DNA of 64,000 nucleotides from positions 20,136-84,135 of the forward strand of contig CAWJBC010000007.1 of assembly GCA_963840975.1 (NCBI GenBank). Direction: 5' to 3'. The notes beneath the pieces were generated by a model that did no database searches, was not told the DNA's origin, and was given only the letters and a program-made list of their open reading frames with translations. The DNA comes from an uncultured Bacteroidales bacterium (GTDB lineage: Bacteria > Bacteroidota > Bacteroidia > Bacteroidales > JAADJA01). The position numbers and the translations under genes were made by a program. Below, piece by piece: positions 50,803 through 60,742 of this stretch (position 1 is the first letter of the stretch; each line of letters starts with the position of its first letter).

Positions 50803-52767
50803 TCAAATTTTGTTTATTAAATCTCTTCCTTTATCAGTAATATCAATAAAAAATGATCTTTTACTGATGATCCCTTCTTCCAGAAATATTCCCTGCAGGG
50901 TTTGCACAATTTTTTTTGTGCCATCTATCAGCAGCCTGAAATCCTTTTCGTTGATACCCTTTTCTTTGCTATTCAAGTCGGTGAGCAATATTTTTCTGCA
51001 TTTGTCCACTATGGAGTGATGCAAATAATCGCCATCAAAAAAGATGATTTTCTTTTGCCTACCAAGGTATTTCAACATCATTTTCAGGCGATCTTTTGGT
51101 ATTTTATTGTTTAATGCTTTTTCTTCTATTTCCGTATCAAGCGGATTCTCCATCCCACAACTTCTGATGGTTTGTTCGAGCCAACCCAATTGTTCCTGTG
51201 TTCTTTGGTCAATCTTTACAACATGATCCGCTAATGCCCATGAAAGTCCGGTCTTTTTTATTTTTCCCTGCTGTTGAAGAATTTCCAGAAGTTCTTCGAG
51301 ATATAACTTAGCAGCTTCGTTTTTGGCAAAACCCAACTTGCCATAAAATTCCTGTAATTCAAGCCCTTCCTCAAGTATGGGATTTTTGCTGTGCCATTGT
51401 GCTATTTCTTCCAATACATTCAGGGTATATTTTTCATGAGCTTCTCGCGTCAGGAGGATGGTTTTCCCTGCCATTTCAACCACGAAAATAGAATTGTCAC
51501 TGCTTTGTTTACAACCCTCTAATACTTCTGTTTCAGGCTTTGCTATTCTTTTTGAAATTATATCAGCATAAACCGGTGCATTTTCTTTTTTAAGTTCAAT
51601 TTTAATCAGGTTTGAAATCTTGTCGCTGTTCAGGGCAGCCTCCATCAAATCTTTCAGGTTGTCCAGCAATTGAATGGTTCGTTTTTTATGATGCAATGGT
51701 TGAACATCAATGATGGTTCCCCCTCCAAGGGTGATGTCGTTTGAGGAGTTCCTCACGATATATTTGTCTTTGTTTTCAAGGATAGCCGGTTTTTCAAGGT
51801 GAAGCTGAACAATGGCAGCTTCTCCGGGTTGAATAGTATCTTTGTTCAACAGGTGCATCCTTGCAGCACATTCAAATGTACCGGTATAAAAAACTACTTT
51901 CGACCATAATCCCAGCCTTGCATCCTCCCCGAACAAAGAAAATGACGCATCAATCATACTGGTTTCACTTATCATTTTGTCCGACAGCACCATTCCTCTT
52001 TCAAAATCCTCACCTTTGATTCCAGCCATATTAAGGGCAGCCCGGTCGCCGCAATAAACTTTGTTAACCGGATTGCCATGACGCTCCAAAGCGCGAATTT
52101 TCATTTTTTTGTTCTTGCCTGGTAAAAGAAAAACATCCTTTCCGATTTCAATCTCACCTTCCAGAACGGAACCGGTTACTACAAACCCTATTCCCCTCAC
52201 ATTAAAGATTCGATCAATATACATTCGGAAATGGTCTTTTTTCTCTCTTTCCTGAACGGTCGGAACGATCTCACTTATCTTTTCAATCATTTGGTCAATT
52301 CCTTTGCCCGTAAGGGAAGAAACCGGAATCACAGGAGCACCTTCGAGACAGGTACCTTCGATGAGTTCCTCAATCTCCAATTGTGCTAATTCCAGCATTT
52401 CGTCATCTACGAGGTCGGCTTTATTCAACGCTATTATTCCATGTTTTACACCTAACATTTCAATGATTTTCAGGTGCTCGGTAGTTTGGGGCATAATTCC
52501 GCTATCGGCTGCCACTACAAGCAATACGATGTCAATTCCATACGCCCCGGCTACCATCGTTTTGATAAAATCTTTATGACCCGGGACATCAACGATACCA
52601 AACGACTGTCCATCGGGAAGCGTGATGTGTGAGAATCCCAGATTAATGGTGATTCCCCTCTCCTTTTCCTCTTTGTGGGTATCACAGTCAATCCCTGTCA
52701 TCGCTTTGATCAACGCTGTTTTACCATGATCCACATGTCCTGCAGTACCGATGATAAGATGTTTCAT
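50803..52767 (-). CDS. selB: Selenocysteine-specific translation elongation factor
   Basis: GTPase motifs [18 protein letters not shown]. The long C-terminal winged-helix extension brings it to 654 aa. The start overlaps the selA stop (ATGA). Confidence 0.92.
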   Translation of the reverse strand: MKHLIIGTAGHVDHGKTALIKAMTGIDCDTHKEEKERGITINLGFSHITLPDGQSFGIVDVPGHKDFIKTMVAGAYGIDIVLLVVAADSGIMPQTTEHLKIIEMLGVKHGIIALNKADLVDDEMLELAQLEIEELIEGTCLEGAPVIPVSSLTGKGIDQMIEKISEIVPTVQEREKKDHFRMYIDRIFNVRGIGFVVTGSVLEGEIEIGKDVFLLPGKNKKMKIRALERHGNPVNKVYCGDRAALNMAGIKGEDFERGMVLSDKMISETSMIDASFSLFGEDARLGLWSKVVFYTGTFECAARMHLLNKDTIQPGEAAIVQLHLEKPAILENKDKYIVRNSSNDITLGGGTIIDVQPLHHKKRTIQLLDNLKDLMEAALNSDKISNLIKIELKKENAPVYADIISKRIAKPETEVLEGCKQSSDNSIFVVEMAGKTILLTREAHEKYTLNVLEEIAQWHSKNPILEEGLELQEFYGKLGFAKNEAAKLYLEELLEILQQQGKIKKTGLSWALADHVVKIDQRTQEQLGWLEQTIRSCGMENPLDTEIEEKALNNKIPKDRLKMMLKYLGRQKKIIFFDGDYLHHSIVDKCRKILLTDLNSKEKGINEKDFRLLIDGTKKIVQTLQGIFLEEGIISKRSFFIDITDKGRDLINKI

Positions 52768-54181
52768 TCGCTTGTGGTTTTAACAAAGACTTCACCAGTA
52801 ATTTCAGCAAGTTCTTCCAATTGCGGATCAGTTAAGGTAAGCACATCAAAGTAAACATCGCCTTTGCGGAGGATGGCTACAACTGGATGATTATGCTGCA
52901 TTAAACCAGAATAGAGACTTTCGGCAAATTCCGATTTCTTTCGTTTCGATTCCAAATCTATTTCAATCCGTACGGCATAACTTTCAATTTCCTTGCCGGG
53001 CAAAGCGCCTCCACCGCATTGACCTTTGCTTTTCAACACTAAAGAATTGACCCCATATTTTGAAAACAAGTTCTTTAATGATTCTGCTCGGTTCATTAGT
53101 TCTTCCGGTTTCCGGCTCATCATATTAAAAAGAAGATTTCTTTTCAAAAGTGTCTCATCATCAAGATAGGAAAATAATGCAGCTTCCATAAAAGCCAAAG
53201 TTGTTTTTCCGACACGAAGCGCCCTTACAAGCGGTTCCTTTTTCAGTTTTGCGATATATTCTTTTTTACCTGCAATGATACCTGCCTGCGCCCCACCCAG
53301 CAATTTATCTCCGCTGAAACTTACCAGGTCAACCCCGGTAGCAAGAGTTTGCCTGACATCCGGCTCATCACCTAACACTTTTATTGAGGTTTTCCTTAGA
53401 AGCCCTGATCCCATATCGTACATTACCGGAACGTCTTTCTTTTTTCCCAAAGCAACCAGATCGGCAAGCTGAACCTCCTCAGTAAAACCCTGTATGGCAT
53501 AATTTGATTTATGCGCTTTCAATAGCAAACGGGTATCCTGAGTGATGGCTTTTTCGTAATCCTGTATTTTAGTCTTATTGGTGGTTCCCACCTCCACCAT
53601 ATTGCAATCGGATGCAACCATGATGTCGGGTAAGCGAAATGAACCGCCGATTTCGATCAGTTCTCCACGGGAAACGATTACTTCCTTCTCTTTCGAAAAT
53701 ACCCTCAAAACAAGCATGAGGGCAGCAGCATTATTGTTTACCACAAGCACATCTTCAGCTCCGGTAAGATATTTTAAAATTTCTGTCAGATGTGTATTAC
53801 GCGACCCACGCTCACCTTTCGATAAGTCAAATTCCAGGTTATTATAGCCTTTCAAAATTTCAGATGCTTCCGGATAATTTCATCGCTGAATGGAGCACGC
53901 CCCAGGTTGGTATGAACAACTATTCCGGTTGCATTGATTACATTTCGAAGACTTTTGGTTGTTAGTTTGTTTATTCGTAACTTAATCAGGAGTATAATTT
54001 CCTGAATTTGAGGAATTGATCCCGAAAGGCCAGCCTCTTCCCTCAATAAACTTAACGTCTTTCGAATGGAATATTTGACGAGATCTTCATTGTGTTGAAT
54101 CAATAAATCTTTAATCTCCGGTAAAAGAAGCAATTTATCCACACCGGGGAGATTTTTAAGATTATCTGAATTCGAATTCAT
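52764..54181 (-). pseudogene. selA: L-seryl-tRNA(Sec) selenium transferase with a 1-nt deletion
   Basis: The N-terminal frame (ATG 54181) gives ...VINATGIVVHTNLGRAPFSDEIIRK and stops at 53852. The next frame continues SEILKGYNNLEFDLSKGERGSRNTHL...SRGELIEIGGSFRLPD...SFSGDKLLGG (PLP Lys). Spacing to the LE(F/Y)DL block matches E. coli SelA if one base is restored near 53865..53866. Confidence 0.85.
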
Positions 54182-54197
54182 ATAATGAGGTTTGTTA

Positions 54198-54588
54198 TTA
54201 GTTGCTGGTTTTTTGTTGCTTGTTTGTTTTCCAATTGTCTTCAACATATTGTATGAATTTATTTATTTTCGTTCCCAGGATATCATATTTCTCCATAAGG
54301 TGGGTCAACGGTTGATCCTTAAAATGAATGTCACTTATCATATTTAATTGTGAAATTGTTTCATCACACGATCCTTGGGAATATGTTAAAAACCTTATAA
54401 AATCATCCTTATATCTCCTTCTTCCATACCCTTCAACAATTTGTGTCTTTAACGCTTTTACTTGATCTTCTGACCTGACTACCTTGTTCATATAGCTCAT
54501 ACTTTGGTAAGGTTAAACTCATTATATGAACTTCAATTGCCAATTTATATGCAATTTGATAGATTTCTAAATCCTTATAGCTTTTCAT
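54198..54588 (-). pseudogene. Four-helix-bundle protein (former 23S rRNA intervening-sequence / S23-like family) with a frameshift
   Basis: ATG 54588 gives MKSYKDLEIYQIAYKLAIEVHIMSLTLPKYELYEQGSQVRRSSKSVK, then a stop at 54433. The other frame continues TQIVEGYGRRRYKDDFIRFLTYSQGSCDETISQL. One extra base lies near 54445..54447. Confidence 0.7.
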
Positions 54589-54716
54589 ATCGTTTATTTC
54601 ATTTTGTTAAAAACAAGTAACGAGCAACAGCTATCAAAGATATTAAATAGAAATAAAAGGACAATTTCCAGTAAAGAAAATCAGGAATTTCAAAACGAGC
54701 AACCAGAAATAAAAAA

Positions 54717-54810
54717 GCAGAGAGGGCAGGGATCGAACCTGCCACAGCCGGTGTTATCCGTCTGCTACTGGTTTTGAAGACCAGGTGAGACACCAGTCCC
54801 GTCCCCTCTA
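54717..54810 (-). tRNA. selC: tRNA-Sec (anticodon UCA)
   Basis: Hand fold on the minus strand: 8-bp acceptor UAGAGGGG/CCUCUCUG (two G-U pairs), D-arm GGGAC-UGGU-GUCUC, and anticodon arm CUGGU-CUUCAAA-ACCAG (UCA). The variable arm is long (about 22 nt). The 5-bp T-arm is GCAGG-UUCGAUC-CCUGC, giving the bacterial 8/5 Sec geometry. CCA is not encoded and a T-run follows. The gene is adjacent to selA. Confidence 0.85.
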
Positions 54811-54903
54811 ACTTATTACCCGGAAGGTTTTTCAAATTCTGAATTCAGCGATCCGGGTCAATTTGCTTTATAGTAATATTAAAACTGAATATTTTAGGCA
54901 AAA

Positions 54904-56697
54904 TTAACGCAACAATACCATTTTTTCGGTTCTGGACTGCTCGCCCTGACTGATCCTGAAAAAATAGAATCCATCCTTAACCAAATCACCGTTTTCGTAT
55001 GTTGCATCCCAGGTCACTGAATAACTTCCGGGTATTGCTACCTCGTTGACCAATTGTTTAATCACTTTTCCACTCAGATCATAAACAACGATCGTTACTC
55101 GTCCTGCATCTGTTAATGTATATTCAATGGTCGTTTGGCTGTTGAAAGGGTTGGGGTAATTAGAACCTCCAAAAAGTCCCGATATGGTTTCGCTAAGAGA
55201 AGTGGATGGATTATAACCCAAAAAAGTATTAACCATTTCTCCGACAAGGTATGCCCTTAAATTAAGAGAATCACCTGACGCAAGGGAAGCCAATATCACC
55301 GATGAAGAAATTGCACGGTAGCCTTCATCCTCTTTGATAAAAGATCTGCCAATGCCATCTTCGCTGCTGAACAAGAGGTTACTCCCGTTCGATTCAAGGT
55401 GGTCAACACTGAAATGCGGATCGTAACCGCCGAGTGATAAATAGGTCAAATCGGAAGCCATTCCACCAGGATTGCCTTTGATTTTTACTACTTCCTGTTC
55501 AGCACCATCACCTACATACATTAATCCCAAATCATCAAAGAACGCTGTGCCTGTATGATCCAAGCCAATATTTACACTTTCAAAATATAAACTACCGCCA
55601 TTTGCAAGATAATTTATCAGTTTATTCTGGTCTGCTACACTTGCAGAACCAGGAGGCGTAAGACCTCAGTCAACACAATAGCACCCCATGGTGCTAAACA
55701 CGATTTCATAGTCGTTCAAATTATCAGGCAAATAGGTAAAATATTCATACTCCAAACCGGCTTCTTCAAGGGCGCTTGTAAGCCCCTTGGATGGTTCAAT
55801 ATTATTACCCTTTTCAGGGTCAACAACGGTTTGAATGCCATTATCATTATCCCAGACAAGTATTTGGTAATCCACATCCGGCTCAATCCTTACAAAATAG
55901 CTTTTCGAAACATTATTGGTTTCAAACTGATCGCCATCCTTTATCACCACTCCATAAAAAGCAGTATTAAAGGCTGTAGAAGAACTCCAATCAAAGTCAA
56001 ACACCAAAGTCTGCTCGGGTTGAATGCTTCCGGAATTATCCAAACTTCCGATCAGATCGCCGGATTTAAGGCTAAAAAGCTGAACAGTAAAGTTTTCCGC
56101 TATTTCGCTGCCCAGGTTTTTCACTAACACACTCCAGGTTCCCGTTTCGAGTAGTTCAATTTTTGTCGGTCCAATGATGGAAGTAACCGTCAAATCATGA
56201 TCAAAAAATGCCGACATTTTTACATCGAAAATATCCCACCAGTTCCAGTTAAAGGTATCCTGCCCATAAGTCCGGAATTCGACCTGAACATTTTGGCCGG
56301 CAAAATCTTCAATAGGAAAGGATAATTCCACCCCGTTTCCGTTTCCCCAGTTTCCATTATTCAAATTATAATTCCACAGCACAGTGGTAACTCCATCCAC
56401 GATCAGATTGATTTCGGCGAATTCAGTTCCTGTTCCTGTAAACACATCCAAATATTGGTTGACAGTTAATTCATAAATATTTTCGGGAAGCGAGATAACC
56501 GGCGAAACAGCCGACAAATCAAATCCCGGTACCTGTGGGCTCCAGTAGAATTCAAGTTTACCTCCTGCAATGCTCCAGTTTTCCTCAAGCGACCATCCCT
56601 GACCATTTCCAAAACTCTCGGACCAGGTATAGGTCTGGGCAACTGCAGGCAGTTTGAAAATAAATATTAGCAATAACAAGTAAAGTAGTTTCTTCAT
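54904..56697 (-). CDS. Candidate secreted selenoprotein: signal peptide plus unknown domains plus CxxU site (UGA 55666..55668) plus T9SS type-A CTD, 597 codons
   Basis: ORFs 55666..56808 and 54904..55563 are in the same frame, with no stop other than one TGA between them (...EIVFSTMGCYCVD-UGA-GLTPPGSASVADQNKLINYLANGGSLYFESVNIGLDHTG...). The start is taken at MKKLLYLLLLIFIFKLPAVAQ (ATG 56697). The C-terminus NYPNPFNSQTTIEY...FYFFRI...MVLLR is a T9SS CTD that only makes sense if read-through occurs. A SECIS-like hairpin lies 13 nt after the UGA, and tRNA-Sec is 94 nt downstream. Confidence 0.6.
55627..55652 (-). promoter_or_regulatory. Candidate bacterial SECIS hairpin
   Basis: Minus strand: UGA, then 13 nt, then CUGGU(U)CUGC AAGUGUA GCAGACCAG. 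This gives a 9-bp stem with one bulged U on the 5' arm and a 7-nt apical loop containing GU, features shared with the E. coli fdhF SECIS. Confidence 0.55.
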
Positions 56698-56868
56698 AAA
56701 GTTCAGATTTAAAACCCGTGTAAAAATAATACAAATATGACAATGAATACATTCATTAGGTTGCCTGAATAAAATCAGGGAAAAATACATAACCCAATAC
56801 CGAAACATTCATTATCGTATTTTTGTTTTGAAATCAGATAAATTTTTAAATACAAAAAAAGAAATATC

Positions 56869-57795
56869 ATGCAAACAATATTAGGTTCAGGCGGTGCAAT
56901 TGGAATCGAAATGGCCAAAATACTTCCCACTTACACCGACAAAATCAGGCTTGTCAGCCGCAATCCAAAAACAATAAATTCGAATGATGATCTGTTTTCC
57001 TGCGATCTGACCGATAGATCAAAACTGGCAGAAGCCCTTAGAGGTTCTGATGTAGCTTATCTTTTAGCAGGATTAAAATATGAAACCAAAGTCTGGCAGA
57101 AGACATGGCCAAAGATTATCCAGAACACCATCGAAGTTTGTGAGGCAAACAATACCAAACTGATTTTCTTCGATAACATTTACATGTATGATCCAAAATG
57201 CATTCCTTTCATGACCGAGGATTGCCCCATCAATCCGTGCAGTAAAAAGGGCGAAGTGAGGGCGAGGATTGCCGGTATGATTCTGGATGAAGTAAAGAAA
57301 GGAAACCTTAAAGCGGTGATTGCGCGTTCAGCTGACTTTTATGGACCTGGCGTGAACAACAGCATATTGATGACGAGCGTTTACCAAAATTTTTTAAAAG
57401 GAAAGAAAGCCAACTGGCTTAGCTCCCTATATTTTAAACATTCGTTTACTTACACACTTGATGCGGCCAAAGCAACAGCTATACTTGGGAATGACCCCAA
57501 AGCAGAAAACCAGGTATGGCACCTTCCAACTGCCAAGGAACCGCTAACCGGCAGGCAATGGATTGAAGCCTTTGCTAAGGAAATGAACGTTCAGCCAAAA
57601 ACACAGTTAGCTTCCAGGACAATGGTTAAAATCCTTGGATTGTTCAACCCCATCATGAAAGAGTTTGTGGAGATGCTTTACCAGTATGACCGGGATTATG
57701 TCTTTGACAGCAGCAAGTTTGAAAATACATTTAGTTTTAAGCCAACCCCTTATATGGATGGGATTAAGGTAATTGTAAAACAGGGTACGAAATAA
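56869..57795 (+). CDS. NAD(P)-dependent epimerase/dehydratase-type SDR
   Basis: N-terminal Rossmann motif ILGSGGAIG and a 308-aa extended-SDR-like layout. Confidence 0.7.
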   Translation: MQTILGSGGAIGIEMAKILPTYTDKIRLVSRNPKTINSNDDLFSCDLTDRSKLAEALRGSDVAYLLAGLKYETKVWQKTWPKIIQNTIEVCEANNTKLIFFDNIYMYDPKCIPFMTEDCPINPCSKKGEVRARIAGMILDEVKKGNLKAVIARSADFYGPGVNNSILMTSVYQNFLKGKKANWLSSLYFKHSFTYTLDAAKATAILGNDPKAENQVWHLPTAKEPLTGRQWIEAFAKEMNVQPKTQLASRTMVKILGLFNPIMKEFVEMLYQYDRDYVFDSSKFENTFSFKPTPYMDGIKVIVKQGTK

Positions 57796-57828
57796 AAAAG
57801 ATTTAACTTTGCAATAAATAATCTTAAA

Positions 57829-58047
57829 ATGAATATTCAGGCTGAAAAATTGGAAATCATGAAAATGATACTCGATACAGAGAATCCATCATTGCTTCAT
57901 AAAATTAAAAGTTTATTTGTTAAAGAAAAAGATTTCTGGAATACTCTGTCGGATTCTGAAAAGGATGATATCAAGCAAGGAGTAGCTGACCTTGAAAAAG
58001 GAGCGACATTTCCCTATGAAGATGTCATGAAAAATCACCGGCAATGA
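57829..58047 (+). CDS. Type II antitoxin (putative addiction-module component)
   Basis: 72 aa and acidic. The N-terminal helix EKLEIMKMILDTENPSLLHKI is typical of the family. Its stop overlaps the toxin start (ATGA at 58044..58047). Confidence 0.55.
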   Translation: MNIQAEKLEIMKMILDTENPSLLHKIKSLFVKEKDFWNTLSDSEKDDIKQGVADLEKGATFPYEDVMKNHRQ

Positions 58048-58342
58048 GAAAAGTAGTTTTATCAAACAGAGCCAAAACAAAGCTAGAAAACTTACTTCTA
58101 TTTCTTGAGACTGAATGGTCGCTTTCCGTTAAAAATGAATTCATTGAAAGTTGGACCACACCTTGCAAATTATTCAAAGCAATCCTGAAAGTTTTCCAAA
58201 AACCTCAGTTCTGAAAGGTGTGCATAAATGTGTGGTCACCAAACATAATACGCTCTATTACCGATACACAACCTCATCCATCGAAATAATCACCATTTTT
58301 GATTCAAGACAGTATCCGGGTAAACTTAAGAAAGAGATTTAG
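58044..58342 (+). pseudogene. RelE/ParE-family toxin with a 1-nt frameshift
   Basis: ATG 58044 gives MRKVVLSNRAKTKLENLLLFLETEWSLSVKNEFIE. The next frame (58151..58342) continues LDHTLQIIQSNPESFPKTSVLKGVHKCVVTKHNTLYYRYTTSSIEIITIFDSRQYP. Adding one A to the A3 run 58147..58149 restores EFIEKLDHT. Confidence 0.65.
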
Positions 58343-58585
58343 CAGCGCCTGCACTTTGTAATATTTTGATAACAATTAAAACCATTAGTCTTTTTCACTC
58401 ACTGACCGGAATGATAACATTCAGGGTTTTTTGCTTGTATAAAATAACTTGAATCAATTATTTAGACTTAATATAAATATCAGCAATGTCCCTAAAAAAA
58501 GTTCAATAAATTTTTATTATCAGATTAAATAGTATTTACTTTGTGAAGTATTATTTAATTAAATGCTCTTTTAAAATAATAGTTT

Positions 58586-59140
58586 ATGAATAGAATGGGT
58601 GAACGGATAAGGGCTACGAGGGAAAATCTTGGCATTCAAGTCAATGACCTGGCAGGCTTAATTGGCGTTACACCGAGCCTGGTTTCACAAATAGAACGGG
58701 CTAAAGCATTTCCATCCATTTTAACTTTGAAAAAAATTGCAGATGCGCTGCAAACTACGGTTGGTGATCTAATTGGAGAAAATGCAACTTTCGTTGCAAA
58801 ACCATTTTTAAATGTTAAAGATCGAAAGTTTGTAAAGAAAAATAAAAAAGGGGCTAGCCTCTATTTGTTATCGCACCACGATCCAGTTAAACAAATGGAT
58901 CCATTTATCCTCCACTTCAAAATAAATGCTGACTCCACAGACATTATGACTACGGCTAACCCCAGGCAGGAATTCTGTTATGTACTTAAAGGACATTTTA
59001 AAGCTATTTTAAATACAACAGAATATGAATTGAAAGAAGGGGACAGTTTTTATTTTAATTCATCCCAATATTATTTATTCACAAATATTGGAAACGAAAG
59101 TGCAGAACTTTTATGGGTTGTTAATCAAATGAAAATTTAA
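58586..59140 (+). CDS. XRE-family HTH regulator with C-terminal cupin domain (PuuR-like architecture)
   Basis: HTH (IRATRENLGIQVNDLAGLIGVTPSLVSQIERAK) plus a cupin sensor half (GDSFYFNS..Y.FTNIG). It heads the catabolic cluster. Confidence 0.8.
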   Translation: MNRMGERIRATRENLGIQVNDLAGLIGVTPSLVSQIERAKAFPSILTLKKIADALQTTVGDLIGENATFVAKPFLNVKDRKFVKKNKKGASLYLLSHHDPVKQMDPFILHFKINADSTDIMTTANPRQEFCYVLKGHFKAILNTTEYELKEGDSFYFNSSQYYLFTNIGNESAELLWVVNQMKI

Positions 59141-59152
59141 ATAAAATTAAAA

Positions 59153-60742
59153 ATGAAATCAACAAATTTTGCCACAGGTTCAGTAACTCCTATTCAGCCG
59201 CCATCTTTGGACCAAATGATTGAACACTATCAATTTCCTGATGAAGTAAAAGAAGCTATTGAAAAAGAAAACTTATTGCCCTTTGGACTGGTCAACAGGT
59301 TGCACAAATGCTATCCACAACATTCGGGTTTTTTCAGAACCGATAAAGTTCTGTTTACTGGTAAGACTTATTATTCAGGACTGGAAGGATTCCGGGAAAT
59401 TATTAAAGTGTTGAACGAAAACGGAATTGATATTGGCTATATAAACGAGCGTGAGTTTTTCATTGATGTGTATCGTTTTTTAGCTACCAAACATGCCCTC
59501 AACATGATTAATTGGAATAATTATGTCAAAGACTCCATTTTCCAGTTGGTCTTTCCTCAACCCGGCATGATTTATAAGGAAGAAGTCCAGGTTTATATTG
59601 ACGCGAAGACGGATGAAGAAAGACAAATAGTGGTTAAGGAATACCAGAAAAAAACCAATCCTCATGATGGAAAACAAAAATTGAATAAGCCGTTTTTCAT
59701 CAATGATGAGGGTCAGATGGAAATCCTGCAGGGTGTCCAACATAAATACCCACCGGTAGAATTGATATTTGATAAAAGTACCCAAAACTGCTTTGCTTTT
59801 TGCACCTATTGTTTCCGTCATGCTCAGGTAAGGGGTGATGAAGATATGTTTGTTCAGGACGACATAAATCAGGTACACGCATACCTGAAGGAACACAAAG
59901 AAGTGAGCGATATTTTAATTACCGGTGGCGATGCCGGATTTATTGCACCTGAAAGGATGGAGCAATATGTGATGCCAATTATTGAAGATCCTGACCTGAT
60001 ACACATAAAAACAATCCGTTTCGGGTCAAGGGTATTAACTTTTCATCCTGAGTACTTATTAACTCCCAAATACAAAAAAATGATGGAGTTGTTAGGCAAA
60101 GCAGTCGAAAACGGAATACAGGTGGTTTGGGTTTCTCATTTTTCAACCCCCAGAGAAATTCTTAATCCAAGCACTGTGGCGGCAATACGCAGGCTAAAAA
60201 ATTATGGCATTGCCATTAAGAGCCAAAGTCCTATCATGAATCACGTTAGTTTATTTGAAGATGAAAACGGTAAAGTTTCCATTGACCGTTCAGCCCAAAA
60301 CTGGATTGACCTGGGAAATATTTTAGCAATGGTTGGTATTGGGTTTCATTCGATGTATTGTGCAAGACCTACCGGCGAACATCATTATTTTACTGCACCA
60401 TTGGCAGATATAAATAAAATCTTCAGCAAGGTTTATAGGTCATTGGCATCCATTAACCGTCCTTCCCGTTATATCACCATGACTTCTTCCGGAGGAAAAA
60501 CATCCCTCATGGGCACTGCCGAGATTGATGGGGAAACTGTTTTTGTTTTAAAATTTAACGAAGCCAGAAATATGGAATGGATGGATAAGGTTTTCCTTGC
60601 CAAATATGATGAAAAAGAAAATACCATTGAAAAGCTAAAGCCGATAAAAGGAAACAAACACTTTTATGAAGATGAGTTGGCAGAAATAGAGCAAAAGTTA
60701 GAAGATGCATTTATCAAAGAAATCAAAAAATCAGAAGTGTAA
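59153..60742 (+). CDS. KamA-family radical-SAM/PLP amino acid 2,3-aminomutase-like protein (529 aa, long N-terminal extension)
   Basis: CFAFCTYCFRH (CxxxCxxC), ILITGGDA, IRFGSR, HFSTPRE and a candidate PLP lysine in TSSGGKTS, colinear with lysine 2,3-aminomutase CSMYCRHC / LSGGDA / RIGSR / HFNHPNE / GGGGK. Confidence 0.8.
   Translation: MKSTNFATGSVTPIQPPSLDQMIEHYQFPDEVKEAIEKENLLPFGLVNRLHKCYPQHSGFFRTDKVLFTGKTYYSGLEGFREIIKVLNENGIDIGYINEREFFIDVYRFLATKHALNMINWNNYVKDSIFQLVFPQPGMIYKEEVQVYIDAKTDEERQIVVKEYQKKTNPHDGKQKLNKPFFINDEGQMEILQGVQHKYPPVELIFDKSTQNCFAFCTYCFRHAQVRGDEDMFVQDDINQVHAYLKEHKEVSDILITGGDAGFIAPERMEQYVMPIIEDPDLIHIKTIRFGSRVLTFHPEYLLTPKYKKMMELLGKAVENGIQVVWVSHFSTPREILNPSTVAAIRRLKNYGIAIKSQSPIMNHVSLFEDENGKVSIDRSAQNWIDLGNILAMVGIGFHSMYCARPTGEHHYFTAPLADINKIFSKVYRSLASINRPSRYITMTSSGGKTSLMGTAEIDGETVFVLKFNEARNMEWMDKVFLAKYDEKENTIEKLKPIKGNKHFYEDELAEIEQKLEDAFIKEIKKSEV

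Noticed and set aside
53850-53875. Programmed ribosomal frameshift in selA
   Set aside because: There is no slippery heptamer or downstream stimulatory structure at the junction. Five other genes in the window carry similar single-base breaks, so an indel error or mutation is the simpler explanation.
54599-54835. 78-aa minus-strand ORF
   Set aside because: It is almost entirely overlapped by the tRNA-Sec gene (54717..54810) and its flanks. Its translation has no protein-like features.
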